From positions 1-64,000 of the forward strand of contig CAWHTE010000003.1 in assembly GCA_963832165.1 (NCBI GenBank): a DNA stretch of 64,000 nt. Direction: 5' to 3'. Shown here in pieces: positions 10,088-19,521 of this stretch. Each line of letters begins with the position of its first letter. Position 1 is the stretch's first letter. This DNA is from an uncultured delta proteobacterium. Its GTDB lineage: Bacteria; Myxococcota_A; UBA9160; SMWR01. The notes beneath the pieces were generated by a model, which was given only the letters and a program-made list of their open reading frames with translations, did no database searches and was not told the DNA's origin. The translations under genes were made by a program, and so were the position numbers.

Positions 10088-11239
10088 CTACGGACTCCCA
10101 CCCGCGCCTAGCGTCTGGCCGATCGGCGGATTCGCGCGTTCGACGAGCCCGATGAAGTAGGCCGGGAAGAACTGCCCGGCCTCGGGCGCGCCCGGAGCGG
10201 CGTCGCTGGACGCGCACGTCGAGTCGAAGCGCGCTGCCTTCGGATCCGAGGTTCCGTCCGACTCGCCGGGCACCTTGATCCAGTAGTAGGCGTCGACCTG
10301 GGGCGCGGGTGCTGCGCGCGGCCGCTCGCCGAGCCCGGCGCCCTTCACGTTGCACCAGTGGCCCGACTTCGACCGGATCCCGGCGCGACCGTTTCGGCTC
10401 GTGTCGATCATGAATCCCTTGCCCGTGATGCCGGCCTTCGCGAGATCGCCCGAGAGCTTCTCGACGTAGGTGAGCTCGTCGGGGCAGGGATTGCTCGACT
10501 CGAGCCTCTTCACGTCGTCCCCGCGCAGCACGTTGTAGCCGGAGACGTTCGTCGCAAAGCCGCGGATCTTGTGCGGCCCGCCCGCGCGATCGAGCACATC
10601 CTTGAAGATCTCCGCGATCTTCGCTCGATGAGGGTCCCAGCCGAGCCATCCCGCATGCGCCGCATCGAGATAGAGCGCCACGTGGGGCATCGAGAGCGTC
10701 GAGATCGCGTAGGCAATCGACTCGCGATACAGCGAGTCGGACTTGGCGCACTTCTCCACCTTCGCGTTCGTGACCAGGTTCGCGAGTGAATCTGGCTCGA
10801 TCACGATGACGATGCGCTGATCGGTGTGTGCGCGCAGCTGCGCCGCGAGCGGATCGACCACCTCCGAGCGGTAGCGCCCCGCATCTCCGGCGCCGAACTC
10901 ACCCGCGGACGCGCTCGCCGCGCAATCGCGGTTCGGCAGGTCGTAGAGCACGAGCACGGCGAGCTGGCCGCGCGCCTCGTCGAGCCAGCGCGGCACGGCG
11001 TTCCTCACCTTGTCCGCCCGGTCGATCCAGAGCGCCACGGGCTGCGACGCGACCGCGCGCAGCTGCTCCGCCTTCTCGGGCGCCGCGGTCGCTGCGGACT
11101 CGACCTGCGCGCGCCACTCCGAGCTCACGTAGAAGCGCGCGCCCTCGAATGGGTTGCCCGGCGCCTCGGCCGCGCGCGCGAGCGACACCGCACACAGAAA
11201 CGACAGACCGACCAGCATCAACAGAATTTCACCCTTCAT
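10088..11239 (-). CDS. GH6 cellulase (cellobiohydrolase/endoglucanase), secreted
   Basis: Signal peptide MKGEILLMLV; YDLPNRDCAA, IEPDSLAN, YLDAAHAGWLGW, IDTSRNG, WCN, WIKVPGESDG, PEAGQFF. Confidence 0.95.
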   Translation of the reverse strand: MKGEILLMLVGLSFLCAVSLARAAEAPGNPFEGARFYVSSEWRAQVESAATAAPEKAEQLRAVASQPVALWIDRADKVRNAVPRWLDEARGQLAVLVLYDLPNRDCAASASAGEFGAGDAGRYRSEVVDPLAAQLRAHTDQRIVIVIEPDSLANLVTNAKVEKCAKSDSLYRESIAYAISTLSMPHVALYLDAAHAGWLGWDPHRAKIAEIFKDVLDRAGGPHKIRGFATNVSGYNVLRGDDVKRLESSNPCPDELTYVEKLSGDLAKAGITGKGFMIDTSRNGRAGIRSKSGHWCNVKGAGLGERPRAAPAPQVDAYYWIKVPGESDGTSDPKAARFDSTCASSDAAPGAPEAGQFFPAYFIGLVERANPPIGQTLGAGGSP

Positions 11240-12537
11240 GTCTCCTCCCTCGATCGCGGGAAGGGCGCCAGCCACGCCGCAAAGAGCGACGGGATCGACG
11301 CCAACATCACGACCAGAAAAAACGTTTCGTAGCCGAGCGCGTGCGCAAGCGGTCCGCTCAGGCTCTGCGTCGGGATCAGCACGAGATTCATGAGCGCCGT
11401 CGCGAACGCGTAATGCGTCATCTTGTATTCGCCCGGCGCGATCTGCTGCATCATGTACAGCATGTTCGCGACGAAGCCGAAGCTGTATCCGAACTTCTCG
11501 ATGCTCACGAGCAACGCGACGGTCCCGAGCGACGGCACGTTGCCGGCCGCGGTCATCTGGCTCAGCACGACGTAACACAGGTGCGGCACGTTGAGGCACA
11601 GGGCCATGAACACGAGCGTGCGCCTCAAGCCGAACTTCTCGATGAACAATCCGCCGAGCAGGCCCGCGACGATGCTGACCCCCGTGCTCACGGTGCCATC
11701 GATCAAGCCCTTGCTCTGGAGCGAGAGGCCGACCCCTCCGTCGGCGACACTGGCCTGCAGGAAGAGCGGCGCCTCGACCAGCAGGAACCCCTCGCCCGAT
11801 CGGAACAGGAAGACGAACGCGAGCATTCCCCAGATCGATTTCTTCTGGAAGAACGCGCGCACGCTGTCGACGAACGTCGCGAACACCTCCCCGGCGTTCT
11901 GCGGGCGCCGCGCGATCGATCCCGTCGGCAGCACGGAGCGGTGATAGAGCGCGAGCGCCGCCATCACGACTGCTGCGAGCAGCAGCGCCCAGGTCCAGGA
12001 GCTCTGGGCGGGCATGCCGGAGCTCTGGAGCGCGCCTGCGAGCGAGACCACCGCGGCCGTGGCGAAGATCCGGCCCGCATTCCAGGCCGTGCCCTGCATG
12101 CCGATCCAGGCGGCCTGGCGGCGCGAGTCGAGCGTCGTCACGTAGATGCCGTCGACGCAGATGTCCTGCGTCGCCGACGCGAATGCGACGGCCCACAGCA
12201 GCGCGATCGCGAGCGCGAAATAGCTCGGGGTTCCGAGTCCGATTGCGATCGCCGCGATCAATACCGCGATCAGCAGCTCTGACCCCACCACGAAGAACTT
12301 CTTCGTGCGCGCCATGTCGAGGAAGGCGGCCCAGAGCGGCTTGGCCGACCACGCGAGTCCGATCGTCGCCGTGGCGATTGTAATTTGTGCATCGCTGTGA
12401 CCCAGATCTTTGAACATCGTGCCCGCGACCCAGATCACCATCGCGAACGGAACACCCTCGGCGAAGTAGGCCGACGGCACCCACCAACGCGGTGAAACCG
12501 CACTCGTGTCTTGCAGCGATTCAGCCGATGTGTTCAA
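11236..12537 (-). CDS. MFS transporter, AmpG-like
   Basis: YFAEGVPF, ASATQDICVDG, YKMTHYAFAT; many TM segments; stop overlaps the GH6 start (ATGA); start approximate. Confidence 0.88.
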   Translation of the reverse strand: MNTSAESLQDTSAVSPRWWVPSAYFAEGVPFAMVIWVAGTMFKDLGHSDAQITIATATIGLAWSAKPLWAAFLDMARTKKFFVVGSELLIAVLIAAIAIGLGTPSYFALAIALLWAVAFASATQDICVDGIYVTTLDSRRQAAWIGMQGTAWNAGRIFATAAVVSLAGALQSSGMPAQSSWTWALLLAAVVMAALALYHRSVLPTGSIARRPQNAGEVFATFVDSVRAFFQKKSIWGMLAFVFLFRSGEGFLLVEAPLFLQASVADGGVGLSLQSKGLIDGTVSTGVSIVAGLLGGLFIEKFGLRRTLVFMALCLNVPHLCYVVLSQMTAAGNVPSLGTVALLVSIEKFGYSFGFVANMLYMMQQIAPGEYKMTHYAFATALMNLVLIPTQSLSGPLAHALGYETFFLVVMLASIPSLFAAWLAPFPRSREET

Positions 12538-12649
12538 CTCGGCCCCTCGCGCGCTCCGTTGCGTCCGTCGGTGTTCGACGCCCCCCGCCCAGAGTGCCTT
12601 CCCGCTGCGACGATCTGCGCCGAAGTTGGGCATTCGATCGGGGGTACAC

Positions 12650-14579
12650 GTGTTGGTGTCGCATTCGCGTTCACGGGTTCGCGGACAGCTCGGGCTGCTC
12701 GGCCTCTTGGTTTCGGTTCTGCTGCCGGCCGCATCGTTGGCGCAGCAGATCCAGGCCAACTTCAGAGTGACGAGCGACTGGAAGACGGGTTTCACGGGTG
12801 AGATCGAGCTGATCAATAAGGGCGCGACGCCGATCTCGGGCTGGACGCTCGAGTTCGATCTCGGCGGCCAGATCGTCAATCTCTGGAATGCCCGAGTCAC
12901 CGCGAGCGGAACGCACTACACGGTTCGCGATCTGGGTTGGAATGGCGGAGTGCGCTCGGGCGGATCGGTCGTATTCGGATTCCAGGCTTCGTACTCCGGG
13001 GATCGCCCCGGACCGACCAACTGCCGCTTCAACGGCCAGGCCTGCTCGTTCGGCGGAGCCGTCCCCAGTCCGGGTCCCAGCGCGCCCGTGGCCGTGCCCG
13101 CTGGCATCCGCGTGGAATGGCGAAGCATCAGGACGTCGAGCACGACCTACGGGGGGCTGATCCGGATCGTCAACCAGACGAACGCCGCGTGGCCGGACTG
13201 GCAGCTGAAGTTCGATCTCGCGGGATCGATCCAGAGCGTCCAGGGCGCAACCGTGTCGAGCTCGAACAACCTGCGCACGGCTAGCACGTCCGACCCGAGC
13301 AAGACGTCGATTCCCCGCCGGCGGATTCGTCGCGTTTCTGTTGAGCGGGACCTACCAGGGTACGGCGCCCGCGCCCACGTCCTGCCTCTTGAACGGCCAG
13401 GTCTGTGTCTTCTCGAGCCTCACGCAGCCGGCACAAGTACCGCCGGCACCCGTTCCGCCGCCGCCGCTGCCTCCGCCGCCTAGCGGGGCCGCGGGCTTCC
13501 TCTCGATGTCGGGCGCGACGATGGTCGACTCGAAGGGAGTCCCCGTCCGGCTCACCGGCGTGAACTGGTTCGGCTTCGAGACGGCCAATCGCGCCGTCCA
13601 CGGACTGTGGTCGCGCGACTATCGCAGCATGCTGCACCAGGTCCGCGACCTGGGCTTCAACGCCGTGCGCATTCCCTGGAGCAACGCGATTCTCGAGCCC
13701 GGAGCCGCGCCGAACGGCATCACGTTCTCGGGCGCCGACCCGTACGACGGCGTCGCTCCGATGAACCAGCCCTTGCAGGGCAAGACCAGCATGCAGGTGC
13801 TCGACCTCGTCATCGAGGCCGCCGGCCGCTACGGCCTGAAGGTGATCCTCGACAATCACTCGCGGAAGCCGGACAACTTCATCGCCGAGGGTCTGTGGTA
13901 CCTGCCCGACTTCCCGGAGAGCCGTTGGATCGCGGACTGGAAGGCGATGGCGACCCGCTACCGCAACAACCCGACCGTGGTCGCGTTCGATCTGCACAAC
14001 GAGCCGCACAATCAGGCGAGCTGGGGCGGAGATCCCTCCACCGACTTCGCGTCGGCATACGAGCGCGCGGCCGCCGCGATCCACTCGGTCCATCCCGACG
14101 TGATCATCATCGCCGGCGGCGTGCAGACCTACGGCGGCATCTCGTACTGGTGGGGAGGCAATCTGCGCGGCGTGAGGACGCGACCGCTCCAGATCAACCG
14201 GACCAAGCTCCTGTACTCCGCACACGACTACGGTCCCGAAGTCTTTCCGCAGACGTGGTTCTCCGCTCCGAACTACCCGAGCAACCTGCCGGCCCTCTGG
14301 GACGAGACCTGGGGATACATCCCGAAGCTGGGTCTCGGAGGCGTGTTCATCGGTGAGTTCGGCATCGGACACGCGGATGCCTACCAGGGCCGGGCGCTGC
14401 AGTGGATCCAGTCGCTCATGGCCTACATGGGCCGAACCTCGTCCTGGACCTACTGGAGCCTGAACCCGAACTCCGGCGATACGGGCGGCATCCTCAAGGA
14501 CGACTGGGTCAGCGTGCAGCAGTGGAAGCTGGACGTGTTGACGCCCTATCTCGCAGCGCAGTTCCCAGCAAGTCAGTGA
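12650..14579 (+). CDS. CBM2-CBM2-GH5 endoglucanase (GH5_1-like), split by a +1 frameshift at about 13313-13316
   Basis: Signal peptide; two CBM2 (W..GF..., LWNA, FGFQ, C..NG..C); Pro linker; GVNWFGFET, ILDNH, LHNEPH, SAHDYG, IGEFG, YWSLNPNSGDTGG. Removing one C from the CCCC run joins ORFs 12506.. and 13341.. Confidence 0.88.
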
Positions 14580-14586
14580 TCGCATG

Positions 14587-17500
14587 CTAGGCGGCGTTCT
14601 CCCATGCCGGCATGACGGCCTTCGCCGGCTCCTCGATCTCTTCGAGACCCACACGCCAGAAGAACAGGAAGCGCCGCCGCGCGTTCACGACGCGGCCCCA
14701 GCGCAGATCGGAGATCCGCCACAGCTCGCCGGCGCGCGGCCGGCGTCCTGTGCACAGGAGTCCGACGCCGCCGGGTGAGGCGTCTCGCAGCCACACGCTG
14801 CGCCGGCGATTGCGGCCGAGCCGCCGCGGAATCCAGTAGGTCGTGCGCGCGGGATAGCGCCGACGCAGAACGCGGGAGCGGCGGAAGTAGCTGGCGATGC
14901 CGAGCACGAACGACGCCGCGAGTGCAAAACGGCCGCGCCGCTCCCGTTCGCGGAGCTCCTCCCAGGTCTCGCTGCGCGCGAACACGCCGAGCAGGATCGC
15001 CTTGCGCGTCGCGGGCGTCGGGTCGACGAAGCGCACTCCGATGTGGTCGCGCCGGCCGACGCGCTCGTGGAACACGAGCTCTGCGCGTACGCGCAGGCCG
15101 CCGTTCAGGCCCAGGACCAGATCGAATTCGTACGGGAGCACCATGCGCTCGTCGAGGCGCAGCGAGCAGCCCGACAGGCTGATCTCCTCGGTCGTGGCGT
15201 GGATCGACTTGTGCGGCTTGTTCTCGATCCGCACGGCCACCTCACAGGGAACGCGCTCTTCGGCGCGGCGCTGCGGCCGCTCCCACGCGATCAGCAGCGC
15301 ACCGAACAGGAACAGCAGGTTGTAGCTGGCCCAGATCAGGTTGAAGAAGTAGGCGTCCTGCTCGATTCCGAACGTCGAGAGCTCCCAGACGCCCTTGCCG
15401 ATGCCCGCCAGCGTGAGCAACGCGAACAAGAGCGTCCAGCGCGACGAGCGCCAGTCGAAGCGGTGTCCCTGCGAGACGATTCCCTTCGGCGTCGCCTTGA
15501 AGCCGAGCGTGCTCGGCAGCAGCAGGTCGAAGATCGAGCGCGCGAGCGGCGCACTCACCGTGCTCTCGTAGAACGGCGCCCAGAGCGGTCGCTGCCAGCC
15601 CGGCATCAGCACGGCGCTGATCAGCGGCAGCACGAGCAGGTAGGGCAGGAGCCGCGCCGTGAGCACCGCGACATCCGAGAAGATCGGGTGCAGGTGGAAG
15701 AACAGGTAGTAGAGCGGCGTCACCCAGAACACGACCCGGGCGAGCGGGAAGAAGAAGTGGTAGAGCGAGCCGAAGTAGGCCAGGCGCTGGCGCAGCGACA
15801 GTCCGCGGCAGAAGAGCGGGTTGTCCTTGAAGAAGATCTGGAGGCAGCCGAGCATCCAGCGCCGGCGCTGCACGACGTACGAGGACAGGTTCTCGGCCTC
15901 GAGACCGACCGCGAGCGCCTTGTTCACGTACACCGAGCGCCAGCCGGCCGCGTGCAGATGGATGCTCGTGTGGATGTCCTCGGTGATCGAGAGCACCTGG
16001 AAGCCGTTGACCGACTCGAGCGCCTCGCGCCGGAACACCGCGCCGCTGCCGACGAAGAACGCGCCGCCCCAGCCGTTGCGCGCGGGTTGGATGCCGCGGT
16101 GGAACAGGTCCGATTCGTTCGGAATGCGTCCCTCTAGCCGGAACGCGTGCTGGAAGATGTCGGGATTGCGGAACACGTGTGGCGTCTGGACCAGGCCCAC
16201 GTCCGAATCCGCGAACCACCGGACCGTCTCCTCGAGGAACGTCACGCACGGGATGTGATCGGTGTCGAACACCACGACCAGGTCGCCTTTCGTGCGCCCG
16301 AGCGCCGAGTTGAGATTGCCGGCCTTCGCGTGCTCGCGCGGGCCGCGCAGGTAATGGACCCCGAGCTTTTGTGCGAGCTCGCGCACCTCCTCGCGGTGCC
16401 CGTCGTCGAGCACGTGGATGGTGAAACGCGGGTAACGCATCGCTTTCGCCCCCACGAGCGTCAGCTCGAGGATCTCGAGCGGCTCGTGGAAGACCGGAAT
16501 CATGACGTCGACGCTCGGCAGGAAATTCTTCGAACGCGGCGGCTTCCGGCGGCGACCGCGGCCGATCCCGACCTGCACGAGCATGAGCAGCACCGATCCG
16601 AAGCAGTACAGCTCGGCAACCCAGAGCGAGATGCTGATGAACTCACCGCCCGGCTCCAGGTGGTTCAACGAGTCCGTTCCGCGCCACCAGAGATAGTGGA
16701 AGGCGACCGTGAACGCGCTCGCGAGGAACAGGAAGCGTGTCGGCCTCTGCCAGAGCGTCCCATGCGCGAGGCGCGCGAGCGGGAACAGCGCGAAACACAG
16801 CATGAGCGGAAGGATCGGCAGGTTGGTCTTGAACGACCGGAAGTCGAAGGGCAGGAGGAATCCCAGCGGCTCGTCGAAGCGCCGCGCTTCGCCCAGCCAG
16901 AGCACCTCGTCGAACCAGAGCCAGTTGTGGAGGTAGTAGGGCGTATCGCGGTTCTCGAGCGCCTTCGCGCGCAGCGCGACGAGCTTCTTGGTGTGCAGCT
17001 CCTGCGCGAACGGCTCGTCGGCGAGCTCGGCGAGCGCGTGCGCGGTGGCATAGAGCGGCAGCGCCTCGAGCTCCGAGAGCGCCTTGCCACTCGTCTCGTA
17101 GCGGTCGTAGATGCGCTCGTGCTGCTCGAAGCTCGCGCGCAGGGGGGCGAGCATGCGATCGTGCAGGGACGCGAGCTGGGCCTCGTCCCGCCACGATTCG
17201 TTCGCTTCGAGCTCGAGATCGCGCAGGGCCGCGATTCCGTCGAAATCGAGGATCGCGGTGCGCCAGTTCCAGGTCGCATCGAGTGCGACCCGCCAGAAGA
17301 TCGGAAACGCATCGTATCCGAACGCGGAGACCTCTCCGCTTTTCGGATCCTCGAGCTGGAGCTTTCCGCTCTGCGCGTCGACCCAGATCTTCTCGGGCGG
17401 CAGCTGCATGTCCTGATCGAAATAGATCCAGCGCAGGACCCGGTAGGAGGTGTCGATGACGCCGGCCCAGTTGTGCTCGCGGTCGACCTTCGCAAACTCC

Positions 17501-18081
17501 TTGTAGGCGTAGGGCGCCAGATAGCCGACGTGGATTTCGGCGATCGGTTCGCGTTTCGTCCAATCGCCGGCGGTCGGGTAGTAGACGCCGCCGACCGCGA
17601 GGATCTCGAAATTCCAGATGTCGCCGATGATCTCGAGCGCCTCGCGCTCGTAGGCCGGCTCGTCGAAGCGGCGAGATGCGAGCAGCAGCGCCAGCGCGAT
17701 GTCGGTATCCGCGTCGGTGGCCGCGTGCTTGTCGATCACGCCGTCCTTCCACTTCCACGCGAACAGGTAGTCCCCTCGCACGCGCAAGTTGCTCTTCGTC
17801 CAGGTCCAGACGCGCGCGAACGACTCCGGATCGTTCGACCAGACCGCGCGCAGCATCGCGTAGCCCTGTCCCTCGGAGGTGGTGATTCCGCCCTCGTCGG
17901 GGCTGATCACACGGCCGGCATCCGTGTAGCGGTATTGGTAAAGGGTCTCGAGCGCTTCGAGCGCGTCGAGGCGCTCGTATCGCTTTCCGCTACTCGAGCT
18001 CACCTGCGCGCTGGCCGTCGCTGCACAGCACAGGATCAGGAACACAACCGCTGCAGCTCTGCACACTTCCGCTCGCGACAT
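14587..18081 (-). CDS. bcsA: GH8 endoglucanase - cellulose synthase (BcsA-type GT2) - PilZ fusion protein
   Basis: Signal peptide; GH8 TTSEGQGYAM, ATDADTDIALAL, GYDA; TM helices; GT2 VLDDG, HAKAGNLN, FDTDH, QTPH, FFVGSG, TEDI, QRRRW; PilZ RRAEER...EISLSG; one uninterrupted ORF. Confidence 0.92.
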   Translation of the reverse strand: MSRAEVCRAAAVVFLILCCAATASAQVSSSSGKRYERLDALEALETLYQYRYTDAGRVISPDEGGITTSEGQGYAMLRAVWSNDPESFARVWTWTKSNLRVRGDYLFAWKWKDGVIDKHAATDADTDIALALLLASRRFDEPAYEREALEIIGDIWNFEILAVGGVYYPTAGDWTKREPIAEIHVGYLAPYAYKEFAKVDREHNWAGVIDTSYRVLRWIYFDQDMQLPPEKIWVDAQSGKLQLEDPKSGEVSAFGYDAFPIFWRVALDATWNWRTAILDFDGIAALRDLELEANESWRDEAQLASLHDRMLAPLRASFEQHERIYDRYETSGKALSELEALPLYATAHALAELADEPFAQELHTKKLVALRAKALENRDTPYYLHNWLWFDEVLWLGEARRFDEPLGFLLPFDFRSFKTNLPILPLMLCFALFPLARLAHGTLWQRPTRFLFLASAFTVAFHYLWWRGTDSLNHLEPGGEFISISLWVAELYCFGSVLLMLVQVGIGRGRRRKPPRSKNFLPSVDVMIPVFHEPLEILELTLVGAKAMRYPRFTIHVLDDGHREEVRELAQKLGVHYLRGPREHAKAGNLNSALGRTKGDLVVVFDTDHIPCVTFLEETVRWFADSDVGLVQTPHVFRNPDIFQHAFRLEGRIPNESDLFHRGIQPARNGWGGAFFVGSGAVFRREALESVNGFQVLSITEDIHTSIHLHAAGWRSVYVNKALAVGLEAENLSSYVVQRRRWMLGCLQIFFKDNPLFCRGLSLRQRLAYFGSLYHFFFPLARVVFWVTPLYYLFFHLHPIFSDVAVLTARLLPYLLVLPLISAVLMPGWQRPLWAPFYESTVSAPLARSIFDLLLPSTLGFKATPKGIVSQGHRFDWRSSRWTLLFALLTLAGIGKGVWELSTFGIEQDAYFFNLIWASYNLLFLFGALLIAWERPQRRAEERVPCEVAVRIENKPHKSIHATTEEISLSGCSLRLDERMVLPYEFDLVLGLNGGLRVRAELVFHERVGRRDHIGVRFVDPTPATRKAILLGVFARSETWEELRERERRGRFALAASFVLGIASYFRRSRVLRRRYPARTTYWIPRRLGRNRRRSVWLRDASPGGVGLLCTGRRPRAGELWRISDLRWGRVVNARRRFLFFWRVGLEEIEEPAKAVMPAWENAA

Positions 18082-18129
18082 CTGCACCTCACGACGATGA
18101 CAGGGGGGCCGTCGCCTCGGGGGAGGGGT

Positions 18130-18144
18130 GCAGAATGCGTGCCG
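18130..18144 (-). promoter_or_regulatory. Sigma54-type -24/-12 motif for GH8-bcsA
   Basis: CGGCACGCATTCTGC, about 50 nt upstream of the ATG at 18081. Confidence 0.6.
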
Positions 18145-18236
18145 ATCAGGCCACTTCGGGACGCGCGAAACCCGATGTAACGCTGCTAAGAGATAAGACC
18201 CGGTGTCGTTTTTGTAGAAACGACTCGGGTCGTTTC

Positions 18237-19331
18237 TCAGCGCGCGCGGCGCCGCCGATGCAGGCGATCGAGCCACGCGAGCGCAGCCAATCCGGGCAGC
18301 AGCGCTGTGGGCTCGGGCAGCACGTGTGGCTGCATCACGGACATCTGCGGGCGATCCGCTTCGTTGGGCAGCGCGAGGTTCAGCGGATCGAGCGTGAACA
18401 TGTAGTCACCCCACCAGGGGCCACCTGCCCACCACGTCCAGCCGAGCCACACGTCGTCGTTCGCGTCGAGATGGCCGAGCATGTCGTGCAGCGCCTCGTC
18501 GCCGATCTGGCTCCCGCCGCTGCCGATCGAGCTGCTGGCCACCGCGAACTCACCGAGCAGGCCCTTGTAGCCGTGAGCCCGCAGCCACTGCGTGAAGCTC
18601 GCGAGCCGCTGCGATCCGATCGTCGGACTCGCGACCGCGGCGCTGGTTCCCGAGGAATCGCCGTCGAGGTACTGGTGAACCTCGAAAGCGAAGTTGTCGG
18701 CCGGGTCGACGATGCTCTGCATCGCGACGGCGTTCGCGGTGCCGTACCAGCTGTCCGACCAGCTGTGCGCACCGGTCCAGGCGTTTCCGGGCACGAGGAT
18801 CAGGTTGCCCGCGCCCGCGGCGCGGATCGCCGCGATCGCTGCATTCGCCGCGACCACCCATTGCTCCGTCGGCATGCTGTGCGGCTCGTTCATGAGGCCG
18901 AACATCACGCGCGGATTGTTCTTGTACTTCGCCGCCAGGCGCGACCAGAAATCCGCGAATGCCGAGTACGGCACCGAGGGGCTTCCGACGAGGTTGCCCT
19001 GGTAGCGCGCGTAGTTGTGCGGATCGAGGATCACGTGCGCGCCCGAAGCGGTGGCAAAGGCCACGACGGCGTCGAGCCGCGCGAGCTCCGTCGCGTCGAG
19101 CGGTGCCGAGAGCGTCCGCTGGAGCCGCTCCCATCGGAACGGAATCCGGAACAGGTTCATGCCCTTGTCGACGTAGTAGTCGATCTCGGCGGCGTTGGGA
19201 TAGATGTAGTGGCTGCCGTAGCTGCCCGGGAGCTGGCTCTCGCCGAACTCGGCGCCGGAAAGGTTGACGCCCGTGTAGTCGACGAGCGCCGACATGACAG
19301 CCGGACGCGCGAGCACACACACGAAGAGCAC
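18237..19331 (-). CDS. GH5 endoglucanase (GH5_5-like) with PEP-CTERM sorting signal
   Basis: GVNLSGAEFG, FRIPFRWER, DPHNYARY, LMNEPH, FEVHQYLD, LLGEF, WWAGGPWW; C-terminus LPEP-hydrophobic-RRRRAR. Confidence 0.92.
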   Translation of the reverse strand: MLFVCVLARPAVMSALVDYTGVNLSGAEFGESQLPGSYGSHYIYPNAAEIDYYVDKGMNLFRIPFRWERLQRTLSAPLDATELARLDAVVAFATASGAHVILDPHNYARYQGNLVGSPSVPYSAFADFWSRLAAKYKNNPRVMFGLMNEPHSMPTEQWVVAANAAIAAIRAAGAGNLILVPGNAWTGAHSWSDSWYGTANAVAMQSIVDPADNFAFEVHQYLDGDSSGTSAAVASPTIGSQRLASFTQWLRAHGYKGLLGEFAVASSSIGSGGSQIGDEALHDMLGHLDANDDVWLGWTWWAGGPWWGDYMFTLDPLNLALPNEADRPQMSVMQPHVLPEPTALLPGLAALAWLDRLHRRRRAR

Positions 19332-19428
19332 TGTTGCGGCAAGGATGGACGTCGCACTCCATCCACAACCGCTGCGAGCGGTCGAATCCCCGATGGAGGA
19401 AAGGCTAACGCAGGTTCAGCGCGCGCAC

Positions 19429-19444
19429 TGTGAGCGCGCTCACA
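19429..19444. promoter_or_regulatory. CRP/FNR-type palindromic box
   Basis: Perfect palindrome TGTGA-GCGCGC-TCACA about 100 nt upstream of the GH5 gene. Confidence 0.5.
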
Positions 19445-19445
19445 A

Positions 19446-19495
19446 GTAGGGCGGGAGGAGCCGAGGCGCCGCAGGCGCCGACGGCGGATCCCGCC
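19446..19495 (+). repeat. GTAG-type REP (extended loop)
   Basis: GTAGGGCGGGAGGAGCCG-AGGCGCCGCAGGCGCCGA-CGGCGGATCCCGCC. Confidence 0.75.
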
Positions 19496-19521
19496 ATCCG
19501 CCTTATTTATGAAAGCTGCGC

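Noticed and set aside
10088..12487. 799-aa ORF as an MFS-GH6 fusion
   Set aside because: The MFS is in another frame; GH6 has its own RBS, ATG (11239) and signal peptide
13313..13316. Programmed frameshifting or phase variation
   Set aside because: Only a C4 run and no shared signal with the other breaks, so error is the simpler explanation
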